NCBI RefSeq assembly: GCF_001194135.2
Contig: NC_069007.1
Location: forward strand, 22,374,599 to 22,438,598
From: Octopus bimaculoides
Taxonomy: Eukaryota
Length of the DNA stretch: 64,000 nt
Direction of reading: 5' to 3'
Part shown: piece after piece, positions 45,801-56,895 of the stretch
Layout: every line of letters begins with the position of its first letter
Numbering within the stretch: position 1 is the stretch's first letter
Made by a program: the position numbers and the translations under genes
The notes under the pieces: model-generated
The model's input: the letters and a program-made list of their open reading frames with translations, nothing else
What the model was told of the DNA's origin: nothing
The model's database searches: none

Positions 45801-48800
45801 AACACAGGACACATGCAGGTCAATCCCTTTCACTAGAGGGTGGGGTGGTCTTAACACTTCTGCTGTACAGGACAGGTCTTCTTGAGTACAGCAAGGTGTC
45901 AGGTATCCCAGTCCTTTGTCATCTTATCTGAAAGGTTCAGCATCCTGGAGGTTGTCCTATGTCTTCCTGGATCTCCCTCTTCCACGTGTTCCATCCACTT
46001 TGAGAGATTAGCACTTCTTTATGGAGCTGTCAGCATCCATCTGGATCACATGACCAAACCAGTGCAGTCTTCTCTCTTCCACACGCAGCAACCAATTCCT
46101 CTTATACTTAACCTCTATCGCACATATACACTTACATTACACATCCAGTGGAGCATACTAGCCTCATTTCATTCTAGTCTTCAGGAATGTTATTGTGGCC
46201 CAGTGTGGACAGGGTTATGCCTGTAGACCAGGCATAGCTGAGTGCTTATGATGATTGTTTTGTGATCATAAAGTCCCAGGTTCAATCCCACTACATGGCA
46301 TCTTGCTATAAGTCTGAGAATTTGTTGTTTTGGACTTTTTTTCTACATTCAGAGGCATTTCCTGTCCCCCAACTGTCACTTAATTCTGGGCAAGGTAACA
46401 TTTTGTTTTAATAGAACGTGTTTTCATTTATTCTCAGTTTTCTCCCCTCTACCTGAATTTAGAGCAATCCATATATTTTTGTCTTATTTACTATGTTCTT
46501 ACAGGTACCATGTTCTACAGATGTGTGGCTGGGACAATCTACAAAATCCAACTGGAATAAGTGAGTTCAGGAGAAGGTGAGTTACTTCCATTAGCTGTTG
46601 TTATTTTGGTGAGAGAGAACTATAGATAATTGCATATATATAACTAGATGACTGTATATATGTATGTGTGTGTATATATATATATATGGTTAATCCCTAC
46701 ACATCTTTTCTCTCTCCATTTTGTTAATGACGTGCTGTAGGGTAGGGAGGGAAAAGTGAAGAGAAAGAGAGAAATACAAAGTGCTTAGCAGTGGGAAATT
46801 TTAAAATCATATATTTTTGTGACTGGAAGTAAAATAAATTAGCAAAATAATAATGCATATCATCCTTTCTTTCTTAAATATCTTCTCTTTATCTTTTTCA
46901 TCCTATGGAATTTCCACAGGTTCCACTTGTCTCATTTAGTGTAAGTAAAATAAGAGTTACTAATAGTTTCTTGCCATTGGGACACATGGTTAAGCAGATT
47001 TTTATAACATACCTTGTATCATCAAATAGATCAAACCATGTGCCCATATATATACACAGAGAGAGAGATGTATGTATATACACACACACATGCTTAAACC
47101 ATAATGGAGAATATAGTGAAAAGAAAAATCTAAATTCTTGGCTACAAGATAAAGCTGCCATCGCCAACAACAATTAGAAAATATTATGGTGCATATGGTG
47201 GTTGCATGACGTTTGCAATGAACCACCGATGGCCCCATGTGGTTAGGGTTAGGTTAATGTTTCATTACCTCCAACTTTTTATATTTATTGTCTACTTTTG
47301 AATTTCTTTAAGTTGTGTCTTGTATGTTCTTTCTTTTTTGTAGACTACAGAAACAAGGTGAATATGAGAGGGCAGCAGCTATAGCTTTATTTAACCTCCA
47401 CATAACATTAGCTTTGGCTATTCTCAATGATGAACGGTCCCCTTCTTCAGATGAAGGTAAATTAATGTCATTTCTCTGTGTGTGTGGTGAAGGTGCATGG
47501 CTCAGTGGTTAGAGTGTCAGGCTAACGTGAGGTTGTGAGTTTGATTCCCAGACCAGGTTGTGTGTTGTGTTCTTGAGCAAGACACTTTATTTCATGTTGC
47601 TCCAGTTCACTCAGCTGTAGAAATGAGTTGTGACATCACTGGTGCCAAGCTGTATCCACTTTTGCTTTCCCTTGAATAACATTGGTGGCACGAGGAGGGG
47701 ATACATCCCTGTAACTAAACGGTTTTGTAAAAGAGACCAATGCAATAAATACTGGCCTTAAAAAAATCAACACCAGACTCAATTTGTTCAACTAAACCAG
47801 TGATTCACAGCATGGGTCATGGGAAGATTGCTGTGGGGCATTGTTCTATAAGCACCAGGCATAAGGTTCTCATTTTATTCTTAGTCAATAATGTACCCTT
47901 TTTTTTTTTTGGACTAAGTACTTAATAAAAGAGTTACCAATAGATTCTTTTGTATTAAATAATTGTGATCATGTCACGTGACCAACCAAGCTATCAGATG
48001 TCGTTACACATCACTGGTCACAATGCATTTTGCATTGTTTTAGCCTTCAAATGACACCACCCCCACTGACTAAGCAAGCAGGCCAACATTCCCCCCTGAT
48101 TGAAAGCAGGACTGGAGCAACATGAAATGAAGTGTTTTGCTCAAGACCACAATGCACCACCCAATCAGGGAATTGAACCCACAATCGTGAGTGCAACAGC
48201 CTTACCACTAGGTTAAAAAAATATTAAAAATAAAGTTTTTTTTTTTCCAACCACAAGTGGGGCATACAATTTTCTGGAAAGTTATTGTGGGGACTGAGGG
48301 GAAAATAAGTCGGGTGACTAAACCCTTCAAGACAATGCCCCAGCATGACCACATTCAAGTAACTGGAACAAAAGATAAAAAGATATAATTATCATTTTTC
48401 CTATCCTGTCCCCACCCCCCTGCTGCTCTCTTTTCTCATTCATTTATGTTTTATTTCTCAGAATCTGACCGCAGTTTGGCATTGGTAGGCATGGCACTGG
48501 CTGGTTTCACAGAGAACAAAGATGCCCTCTGGCAGAAAATGTGCCGTAATTTCAGACGACAGTTAACAAATCCTTACCTAAGAGCTATGTTTTGGTTCCT
48601 TTCCTCATCAGAAACGGATAACTACAAAGAAATATTGGTGAGTTTTGTTGCTGTTGTTGTTATTGTGCTCTTTTTGTTGTTCGTGTTTTTATACTTGTAG
48701 TGTTACTGCAATTATGTTTTTGTTGTTGTTGTGTACATGTTTTGTGTGTGTGTGTTTCTTTTTCACTTATTTCAGTCATTAGATTGAACTCCCTCGTGCA

Positions 48801-49470
48801 GAGACAAGGGTGAGTTGTAGTGAGTAGTAGCAGTGATATACAAACAACAGGATGGTCATGGCTGGAACTCTTGATCAGAGTTGATTCAGCACTAAATAAC
48901 AATAAAATAGGATATAGCCAAACCCCTGTGAGGGGTTGGTGTTAGGAAGGGCATCCAGCTGTGAAAACCCTGTCAAAACAGACAGTAAAGCCTGGTGCAG
49001 TCTTCTGCCTGGCCAGCTCCTGTCAAACCGTCCAACCCATGCCAGCATGGAAAGCAGACATCAAATGATGATAATAATTCATGAGTGAATGCATGCATGC
49101 GTGCATACAAGGCTTCGTTTCAGTTTCTACTTACCAAATCCATTCACAAGGCTTTGGTCAGCTTGGGTCTATAGTAGAAGACACTTGTCCAAGGTGCCAT
49201 GCAATGGGACTAAACCCAGAACCATGTGGTTGAGAAGAAATCTTCTTACTACACAACCATGCTCTGTAAAAGACCTTTAGAATGTATAAGTTTTGTGTGG
49301 TGTTTGTTCTTGATTTAGCTCTAAGTAACAATCAATAATATGATAATGCCATTATGAAATTTTATGTTTCCAGTTTGAAGAAGGAATGGCTGTTGGGGAC
49401 AGGGTGGCATTTGCCTGTACTTTTCTTCCAGATGATTCTGTGAGTACCAGCTTGTGTTTTTTCACACATA

Positions 49471-49503
<33 letters not shown>

Positions 49504-52500
49504 ACATACTCATATACTCCCTCTAACTTTTGCATACACTCATATTTTCTCTCACACACACACTTATTGTATCATACACACATCTTTTGTTATACTCATA
49601 GTTTCTCTCCCTCCCTCCTCCTCTCCCTCCCTCCTCCTCTCCCTCCCTCCTCCTCTCCCTGTCACAGACTCCATCCAACTCCCACACAGTGTCTTCCCTC
49701 TTCCTTTCCCCCATCTCTTCTTTAGTTCACTCTACATCTTTCTTTCCTTTCCTTCCCCTCTTCGCACAGAGCACAGGAATAACATTCACCTCCTCCCTTC
49801 TCACCTCCCAGACTACACTCGACCACAGAGGACATAAAAAAACTACACACTTCGCCCCCTCCCCACCTACACACTAACCAAAACACTAATCAGTTCCATT
49901 GGTCATCTTGCCATTTCTGTATCTCATTTCAGTTGATAGAATACATCCAGTCTTTATCCAATCAGTTGGTGGTGGCTGGAAATTTGGACGGCATCTTGCT
50001 CACTGGTGAGTACTAGCCATACACCTCTCTTTTATTTCTTTCTTTCTCTTCCTCTTGTGCATCATTCAAAAAAGTAATGCAAGACCACGTACAAATTTGT
50101 ATTTGTTTTGTGGACAAATGACCGAGAGCTTTGGCAATATTTTGTGCTTGAGAAGAAGACCCATTGGTTGTCATGGCAGATACTGGTGTCAAGCAACTGG
50201 CACCCATTGCCAGTGGCACGTAACAGCACCCAGTACACTCTGTAAAGTGGTTGGGATTAGGAAGGGCATCCAGCTTTAGAAACCATGCCAAAACAGACTG
50301 GAGCCTGGTACAGCTCCTCAGCTTACCAGCCCTGGTCAAACCATCCAACCCATGCCAGCATGGACAACGGATGTTAAATGATGATGATGGATAGGGTATG
50401 CATTGTTTTGGAGTAATTAGAAAAACCTTTACTTATTTATCGCATCCCCTTGCATTAGGAAGGACATCCAGCCATATTTCCCATGCCTCAACAGACAGCT
50501 GGAGTCTGGACAGTTCCCTGCAAGCCAGCTCCATATCAAACCATCCAACCCATGCCAACATAGAAAGCAGGCATTAAACGATGATGTTGGTGAACGATAC
50601 TTTAACACGTTCACCACTATGGCCTGTTACTGGAACTTACCAGTGACACCACGTATTTCGTGTGGTCACATGGCATACTGTTTAATTGCAAGCAAATGTA
50701 ATATTTCTGCATTTTCTTTTCCTCTTTTACTTGTTTTAGTCATGTGACTGCAGCCATGACTAAAACAAGTAAAAAAAAAATAACTGGATGTAATTGTGCA
50801 TTGAATTTTGGTAGAGTCGCATTTACCATGTACTAAAAAACAGAGGCACTCTGTATTTCTCTATTGTCAATCATTTCTTTATTGTTTTACTTATAATAAC
50901 CAATACGAAAGTCTTGACATAATCTATGGCTATTTCACTAATATCTTCTTTCCTTTCCAATTTTATTCAGGTCTGTCTGAGAAAGGTGTACAGTTGTTAC
51001 AGAAGTATGTTGACGTTTCTAGTGATATGCAAACGGCCTGTTTCATTGCAATATCTACATTTCCCAGCTGGTTATCAACGGACAGTCGGGCTGACTCTTG
51101 GATACATGGGTAACACCTTCTATTCTCAGGCCTTCACTCTTATCTTTTTTCACTATCTTCCTCCTCACAGTTTTTCTTATTTATTCAGTGTATACATACA
51201 TAGTTAATGGCTCTCAAGTTTATATTTATAAACATCACTACTGAGTGGAATATAACGAGAGGGATTATATCTCGGGTCAGTCCACTGTGCTTTCCCCTCC
51301 CAGTGTCTGATGCTGAAGGGGAGATAACTAGTCTGAAATGCCTATATCCATCAGTCTGGCGAGGAAGTGCTTCAAACTAACTTGCTATATTTGCACCTAT
51401 TTATCTATTTGCTCCTATTAGACTGAATAATTACTGTTGGATTACAAGAATGCATAGATTACAATTATATCAGAATTTGTTACGAAAACGTGTTTGGTGG
51501 TGGGGAAGAGTTTTGAGTAATTCACGTGTTTAGATTTCGTTTCTTCATAACTTTCAGAAAAATTGGTATTTTTTAATGAAATTTTCTGCAAATACCTTTC
51601 AGATGGTGGCAGTTATTCTGACTACCCTAGTCAAAGATGGTCTGAGTAGCCACAGCATGCTGATCAACAGTGACTAAGTAGCCAACTTCAGTAGCTATTT
51701 CTCAACAAGTTGGACAATTGTTAAGTGTTTCTCTGAGGATAATTTTTTCATTTCCCCACTAAAACAGATCTTAAAATGAAATAGTAATGAATATTTTGAA
51801 TTACACGAATATCGAATGTACATACCAGTTGTCAGGAATGTGTTTATTATGTGAAATTGGTCTATCCAATTATGTTACACCAGTATATTTGGTAGCTATT
51901 TAAGCAATGTGTTTATGGATGGTTAACGGTTTAGATGTATTACTGAAGAAGGAGCAAGAACTCCTGAAATATGTATCCACACCCATCTACACGCTTTACC
52001 TATTTTCCCGTCTTCAAGTGCATTGTTTACATTGAGGTATTCATTTACAAAATGTTGTAGCAAACTAGTGCTGGCTCTAATTTCTATAGGATATCTGTAG
52101 AGACAGTTTTAAAACCTCTCTCTCTCACTCTTTCTTTCTTATTGTTCACATCAATTTATGTCCTTTGCAGCTACAGAAACCTTCTGAACCAATGGAAGTT
52201 ATGGCATCAAAGGTAGGTTCATTACAAGCTTTGGAGGTAGAGGCTGAGTGAGACACTTCCCTCATTGAAAGAGGTAAATGGAAGTATGGTATAGGCACTG
52301 GAAGTATTGGTAGTAACTGAATGAAACAATTCTCTCATTGAATAAAAGAAGGGGTGCTGAAAAATTCCTGGCCTTGGATGAAAGACAATACAATAGGATT
52401 AGTTAATTATGATTTTATCCAACATATTCCCCTCTCAGATTCACACACATATTGCAGTGGTCCTTCGGTTTTTCTAAGCCCTGTAAAAGGACTCAGAAGG

Positions 52501-54922
52501 TTGGGCCTCCAACCAGGCCCTTTGCAACACCCTTAAGGCCAGGAACTTTTCAGCACCCCCTTGCAGTGTTGGTTGTTAAGTTCACAGGAGTATGAGAGTT
52601 GAGTGACGGATAGAGATGGGGGAAGAAGGAAATGTGATGAATGCTAAACATGGGTAGTGGTATGTTTGGTGCAGTAATATTCAATATTTTCTATTACAGA
52701 GCCTTGTTTGATATACTGTGGCAGGGCTGTGACTCACAGAATCACGAGCACTCAGAAGTATTTGTCAGCTGCAATTCTTGTCGAAAGTCAGTCTCCCGAA
52801 ATGCACAGCCAGTGGTGAAAAACAAACAACAGAACTGGAGTCGATCGAGCAACACAGCGAAACATGTTAAGGTGAAAAAAAAACTGTTCACTTCTTGTTC
52901 TTTCTCTTTTTTCTGGAACCTTTTATTTTTTATTAGTGTGTGTGTGTGTGTAGCCATGTATGCACTTGTGTGTGGTGTGTGTGCTTGTATGTATGTGTTT
53001 ACATCTATACTGGCAGAGGTAACCCAACAATGCCCAGATGTATACATAACCACTTATATAAATGAGATTGGATTGGGTTACCTATGTTCAGTCCACTGCA
53101 AGACCAAGGGGCCTCAGCATGTTCTCTTCCCCCAACCATGGTCTGATGTGGAGGCTGTGTACTTGAGTTTGAGATCCTACTGGTATGATGAGCCTATTCT
53201 GCCACACTCACTCAACACGGCTGGGCAGAAGGATGCAATTTTTTATACTCCCACCCAGGAGTAGTTAAGTCCCCAGTGCTTTATGTTTTCCATGATGTTT
53301 TCACAGGTCCACCTAATTATTATTATTACTAATGTTATTAAGGTGACAAGATGGCAGAATCGTTAGCACGCTGAGCAAACTGCTTAGTGGCCTTTTTTCA
53401 GCTTTACATTCTGAGTTCAAATTCCACTGAGGTCAACTTTGCCTTTCATCCCTTTCAGAGTCAATAAAATAAGGACTATTTAAGCACTGAGCCCCTCACC
53501 CTAAAATTTCAGGCCTTGTGCCTATAGTAGAAAGGATTTTTTTAGTAAATCTCTGATCATCAATTCCAGTCTGTTACTGATTTTCTGCTTTCTTTCAGGT
53601 TTCTTGCTGTCCACACTGTCGTAATCCTCTACCCCGGTGTGCTTTGTGTCTGAAGAATTTAGGGACTGCTTCAGGGGCCCTGTCTATAGAAGGATCTCCA
53701 GGTCAGAATCTTTACACTTTCTTCTTTGTTCTGTTTGGTTTTCAATTTTAACCCTAACCAGAACGGATCAGTCTTCTGGGATTCTGTAGTATTTGTTGTT
53801 AAGGGTCATATCACTTCTAAATAGCCTCCACCCTCAACCTTTATTCTGATCTCAGGGTGTCTAGATGTCAATATCATCACCATAATCATAATCAACCCTG
53901 AACATTACTGATTAGAGTTCTAGGACCCTGGTTTTCATGGCGCACCATAAAAAGTACTGATGCTGGTGCCATATAAGAAGCATCTGATATATTCTATTAA
54001 GTGGCTGACATTAAGAAGAGCATCCAGCTGTGGAGACTAAGCCAAAAACAGATTATGAACACTGGTACAGCCCCTGGCCTTGCCAGCTCCTGTTAAGCTG
54101 TGAAATCACAACATTTCTCCTGGATAGGATGCCAGTCCATTGCAAAGTTAACCATTTACAGCTGAGTGGACTGGATCAATATTAAATGAAATGTTTTGTT
54201 CAAGAACACAAATTGACCACCCAAACCAGAAATCAAAACCACATCCTTCATGCACTCCATCCTGTTCTTACCCTTTGGTGGACTCAGGCAGTTGTCAAGT
54301 AAATGGAAGAGACTACTCGGAAGACCTCCAATCAGGTGGGAAGATGATTGGAACAATGTGGAATAGAATGGCGAGAGCATGAGGGGGGTGGGGGTGGAGC
54401 AAATGCTGTGGCAGTAAAGCTGACTGAGCGCCAGACAGCCTGGCTAATCCAGATGATTTCATTACGTATAAACCCCTACACTTTATGTCTGTCTTTGTAT
54501 TGTTCCCCTCGTCCTTTGCCAAAGAAGTAAATCAAAGAAATCATTATTATTTCTGTTTAAATTCTATTATTTTCCTTCTTGCAATTTCCAGATTCAAAAA
54601 CTTCTCCATTTAAGAATTGGTTTACCTGGTGTCAGTCTTGTCGACATGGAGGTCATGCAGGTCATATTACAGATTGGTTCAAGTAAGTAGCAAGATTCTT
54701 TTATTTGTTTACTAGTTTCAACTATTGACCTGCAACCATGCTGGGGCACCATCTTCAATGCAATTTTGCAAGTACTCTTTTTATCTTTTGCCTGTTTCAA
54801 TCATTAGAAAAACAGATTTTTGCAATGATTGCTTAATTTTTCTTCTTTTCTAAATTTTTTTCAGAGATCACATGGAATGCCCTGTAGCTGGTTGTTCCTG
54901 TAAATGTATGGCTTTAGACTGA
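33260..54922 (+). CDS. MIOS: GATOR2 complex subunit MIOS (N-terminal WD40, alpha-solenoid, C-terminal Zn-finger/RING), 846 aa, 27 coding exons
   Basis: Exons 33260-33383, 34039-34118, 35223-35302, 36431-36474, 37141-37199, 37994-38135, 39070-39168, 40260-40354, 41425-41466, 42572-42627, 43071-43144, 43763-43807, 44015-44133, 44458-44592, 44719-44794, 45362-45527, 46505-46576, 47344-47456, 48462-48637, 49374-49439, 49933-50005, 50971-51109, 52171-52212, 52700-52871, 53599-53701, 54592-54682, 54865-54922. Phases are consistent; total 2541 nt. MIOS-like motifs: [99 protein letters not shown]. An in-frame upstream ATG lies at 33221. Confidence 0.95.
33420..33810 (+). mobile_element. RTE LINE 3' end, representative copy; others at ~17620-17930 (-), 18742-19100 (-), 22830-23160 (-), 28175-28440 (-), 32160-32960 (+), 40520-40780 (-), 45605-46170 (-), 48930-49075 (+), 50130-50390 (+), 58300-58480 (-), 62085-62225 (+)
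   Basis: [29 protein letters not shown] coding remnant, and a shared 3' UTR (GGCATTAGGAAGGGCATCCAGC..CCAACCCATGCCAGCATGGAAAACGGACGTTAAA) ending in (GAT)n. Confidence 0.8.
34795..35198 (+). mobile_element. Helentron-associated non-autonomous element (HINE/DINE-like)
   Basis: 5' ATTACCTCTGCCAAG, (GTCC)n tract, subterminal inverted CTTAGCAGAGGT, short hairpin and CTAG-TTT end. Confidence 0.65.
36060..36300 (+). mobile_element. LINE reverse-transcriptase C-terminal fragment
   Basis: [32 protein letters not shown], frameshifted. Confidence 0.7.
38213..38578 (-). mobile_element. tRNA-derived SINE family A, full-length representative; many copies, e.g. 1063-1190, 1402-1680, 11040-11435, 31361-31719, 39810-39965
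   Basis: Head GCTGTGTGGTAAG..GGTTCAGTCCCACTG (A/B-box-like), internal (TA)/(TG) tract, tail GTGCTCCAGCATGGCCGCAGTCAAATGACTGAAACAAG. Confidence 0.85.
39344..39515 (-). mobile_element. Tc1/mariner (maT-like) transposase internal fragment
   Basis: [55 protein letters not shown]. Confidence 0.85.
41467..42571 (+). other. U12-type (minor spliceosome) GT-AG intron, MIOS intron 9
   Basis: 5'SS GTATCCTTTT at 41467. Branch-like TTTCTTTAAC at 42551-42560, 11 nt before the end of the AG. Confidence 0.82.
42076..42085. other. Assembly gap (10 N) flanked by an identical 289-bp overlap
   Basis: 41787-42075 is identical to 42086-42374. Confidence 0.9.
44795..45361 (+). other. U12-type (minor spliceosome) GT-AG intron, MIOS intron 15
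   Basis: 5'SS GTATCCTTTT at 44795. Consensus U12 branch TTCCTTAAC at 45338-45346, 15 nt before the end of the AG. Confidence 0.9.
44842..44938 (-). mobile_element. 97-bp retroposed fragment (Penelope-like terminal repeat) carrying a hammerhead-like core
   Basis: Flanked by a perfect 12-bp direct repeat AGATCCCATAAA (44830-41 and 44939-50). Minus strand reads ACAC-CTGATGA-A-GGCTG..CAGCT-GAAAC-GTGT and ends in an AATAATGT-type repeat tail. Confidence 0.7.
47489..47700 (+). mobile_element. tRNA-derived SINE family D, representative; others at 34345-34685 (-), 41610-41730, 47965-48210 (-), 58545-58850, 59230-59370 (-), 61292-61550
   Basis: GCATGGCTCAGTGGTTAGAG..GAGTTTGATTCCC head, plus conserved core TGTGTTCTTGAGCAAGACACTTTATTTC..GCTCCAGTTCACTCAGCTG. 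Confidence 0.8.
51932..51989 (+). ncRNA. Type I hammerhead-ribozyme-like motif (probably derived from a Penelope-like element)
   Basis: CTGAAGA at 51943-49; stem II AGGAG/CTCCT with loop CAAGAA; GAAA at 51966-69; self-complementary ATATGTAT; AUC triplet ending 51977. Stem I is only partly paired (TAGATG/CATCTA). Confidence 0.5.
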
Positions 54923-54966
54923 ATGATTACTGTTGGATTACAAGAAATTTTATTTTTCAAAACCAA

Positions 54967-54999
54967 AATAAATAGTAAAAAAAAGAAACAATAAATAAA
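54967..54999 (+). terminator. Clustered AATAAA polyadenylation signals for MIOS
   Basis: AATAAA at 54967, 54990 and 54994, 45-75 nt after the TGA, with U-rich sequence downstream (~55090-55130). Confidence 0.55.
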
Positions 55000-55149
55000 A
55001 AGCACCACCCCAAAAATCTTTTAAAAAGATATAAAAGAGTTCAAACTATAGTAAAAACATTTGTTCACAAAGACAAAATGAGAAACAAATTTGTTTTTCA
55101 GAGCTATATTTGTTTTTATTTTTTATTCAAAAGGAAAAAAAAAAAGGAA

Positions 55150-55187
<38 letters not shown>

Positions 55188-55788
55188 CCCTTTCCCCCTC
55201 CAAAGAAAAAATCGGCAAATTAACCCCTAGATCTTCCTTGAGTTGAGTCTTTACATGTGGAACTGGACTTGCTGCTCTTATATCTTCAGTTTAAATCTTG
55301 TGCAGCTGTTTTCTTGTGTATTTCAACAGTTCACTTAATTCTGTGCACCTAAGTTCACTTAGATGTCTGGAATGGGAATGTTAGCAGTGAGAGACTAGTT
55401 TCCTATCCAGAAGAAGAATTTCTCTCTCGTTTTGTTAACACTGTGTAAATGAAACTAAGTTCTACACCCATAACAGACTTTCAGCGCTATTGAAAGCATT
55501 TACATTTTCAATATTTCTTCATGCAAATTATCAAAATGATAATGACCACAATGACAATGACGATGATGATGTTGATGAGAATGGCAGCAGTGATGATGAT
55601 AAAATACCTCAATATTTAATCTGACATCCAGATTATACTTTTGCGTTAGCAACTTCCAAAGGGGTATTTTAGTATTTTCAGCAAAATGTATTAAAATATA
55701 CATTTCTCTTTTTCTTTTATGAGATTGGATGTTGCGAAAATAAATGAATAATTTATAATTATTTCTTCCAGAGGTTTCTATAAAGACA

Positions 55789-55863
55789 TTACTGTGTTGT
55801 AGCAGCATTGCAGTTATCTGTGTGTATTTCTAGATATGTGTGATCAAAGAAACTGTTGCTGGT
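55789..55863 (-). CDS. Candidate terminal exon of EFCAB1 (TSNSFFDHTYLEIHTDNCNAATTQ*)
   Basis: Acceptor ttcttgccaacatag at 55865-55864, phase 0 matching the exon ending at 59798, 24 codons then TAA. The length suits a calaxin C-terminus but the sequence similarity is weak. Confidence 0.35.
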   Translation of the reverse strand, partial: TSNSFFDHTYLEIHTDNCNAATTQ

Positions 55864-56009
55864 CTATGTTGGCAAGAATTATTAAATCAAACTTGTTGTA
55901 AGAAGTGGATAAGTCCATTGTTTCAGACAGAGGCATTCTTTGGGGAAAAATTGACAGGAAAGAAATTAATGGGGCAGCAGAGTTTTACATCCTCTGTGTA
56001 ATCAATTTA

Positions 56010-56206
56010 ACTACTCCTGGATATGAGTATAAAAACTGTATTCCTCTGCCAAGCCATGTTGAGCCAGTGTAGCAGAGTAGGTTCATCAGACCAGTATGAT
56101 CTCAAGCTCAACTTCACAGTCTCCACACGAGACTGTGGTTAGTGAAGAGAACCATGCTGAGGCTTTCATTCTACACTGGACTGAACATGGGCAATCCAAT
56201 CCAACA
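56010..56206 (+). mobile_element. ~200-bp repeat module ending in (CCAAT)n; copies at 6563-6640 (-), 6697-6894 (-), 9548-9750 (+), 20330-20450 (+), 53066-53268 (-)
   Basis: Shared ACTCCTGG..GAGTATAAAAACTG..GCCATGTTGAGCCAG..GGCTCATCA(G/A)ACCAG..AATCCAATCC. Confidence 0.75.
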
Positions 56207-56860
56207 TATGACCTGTTTAATCTAACATCTGCAGTATGTAGAGGAGATTAAGTGTCCATCATATTCATCAACATTTAGCATCTGTCTTCCAGATATGTGC
56301 TGGTTAGTTTAACAGGATCTACTGTGTTGAGCTCCAATGTCCTCTTTGGCATAGTTTCTAAAGTTGGATGCCGTTTCTAACACCAACCACTTTACAGAGT
56401 GTACTGAATGCAGCATGTTCATGTCACCAGCACTTGTGAGCTACTTGACAATCTCACAAGACAAGCCTCTTAGCTGGGGTAGCCATGTGACTCCTCCTCC
56501 TCCTCTTCTGTTCCTGGTCCTCTATCATATTTTAGCCTCTCAACACTTAACGCAAAGCCAGGATTTTATCTTGCAAGTTACTTGATGACTTATGTGTGCT
56601 GGTAACACCAAAAAGCTCTGTGCACACTTCTGTCAAACTGTCCAACCCATGCCAGCATGGAATATGGACGTTAAATGATATTGAACAAAGTCATCACTAT
56701 ATTTTGATGATGGTGGTATATGTATGGTGTAGGTGGATTCTTATCAGCTCACCCTAGGGACACTAACTAAAGAAAAATGACCCCTACTGTTTCTTAAAAA
56801 CCTGGGGCTAAAAACTACAATTCAGATCAACCTTATTGCCAACTTAAGATTACTTCGTAT

Positions 56861-56895
<35 letters not shown>

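Noticed and set aside
47489-47570. tRNA-like A/B boxes
   Set aside because: These are SINE heads that run straight into repeat cores, with no full cloverleaf. No real tRNA, rRNA or CRISPR array was found anywhere in the window.
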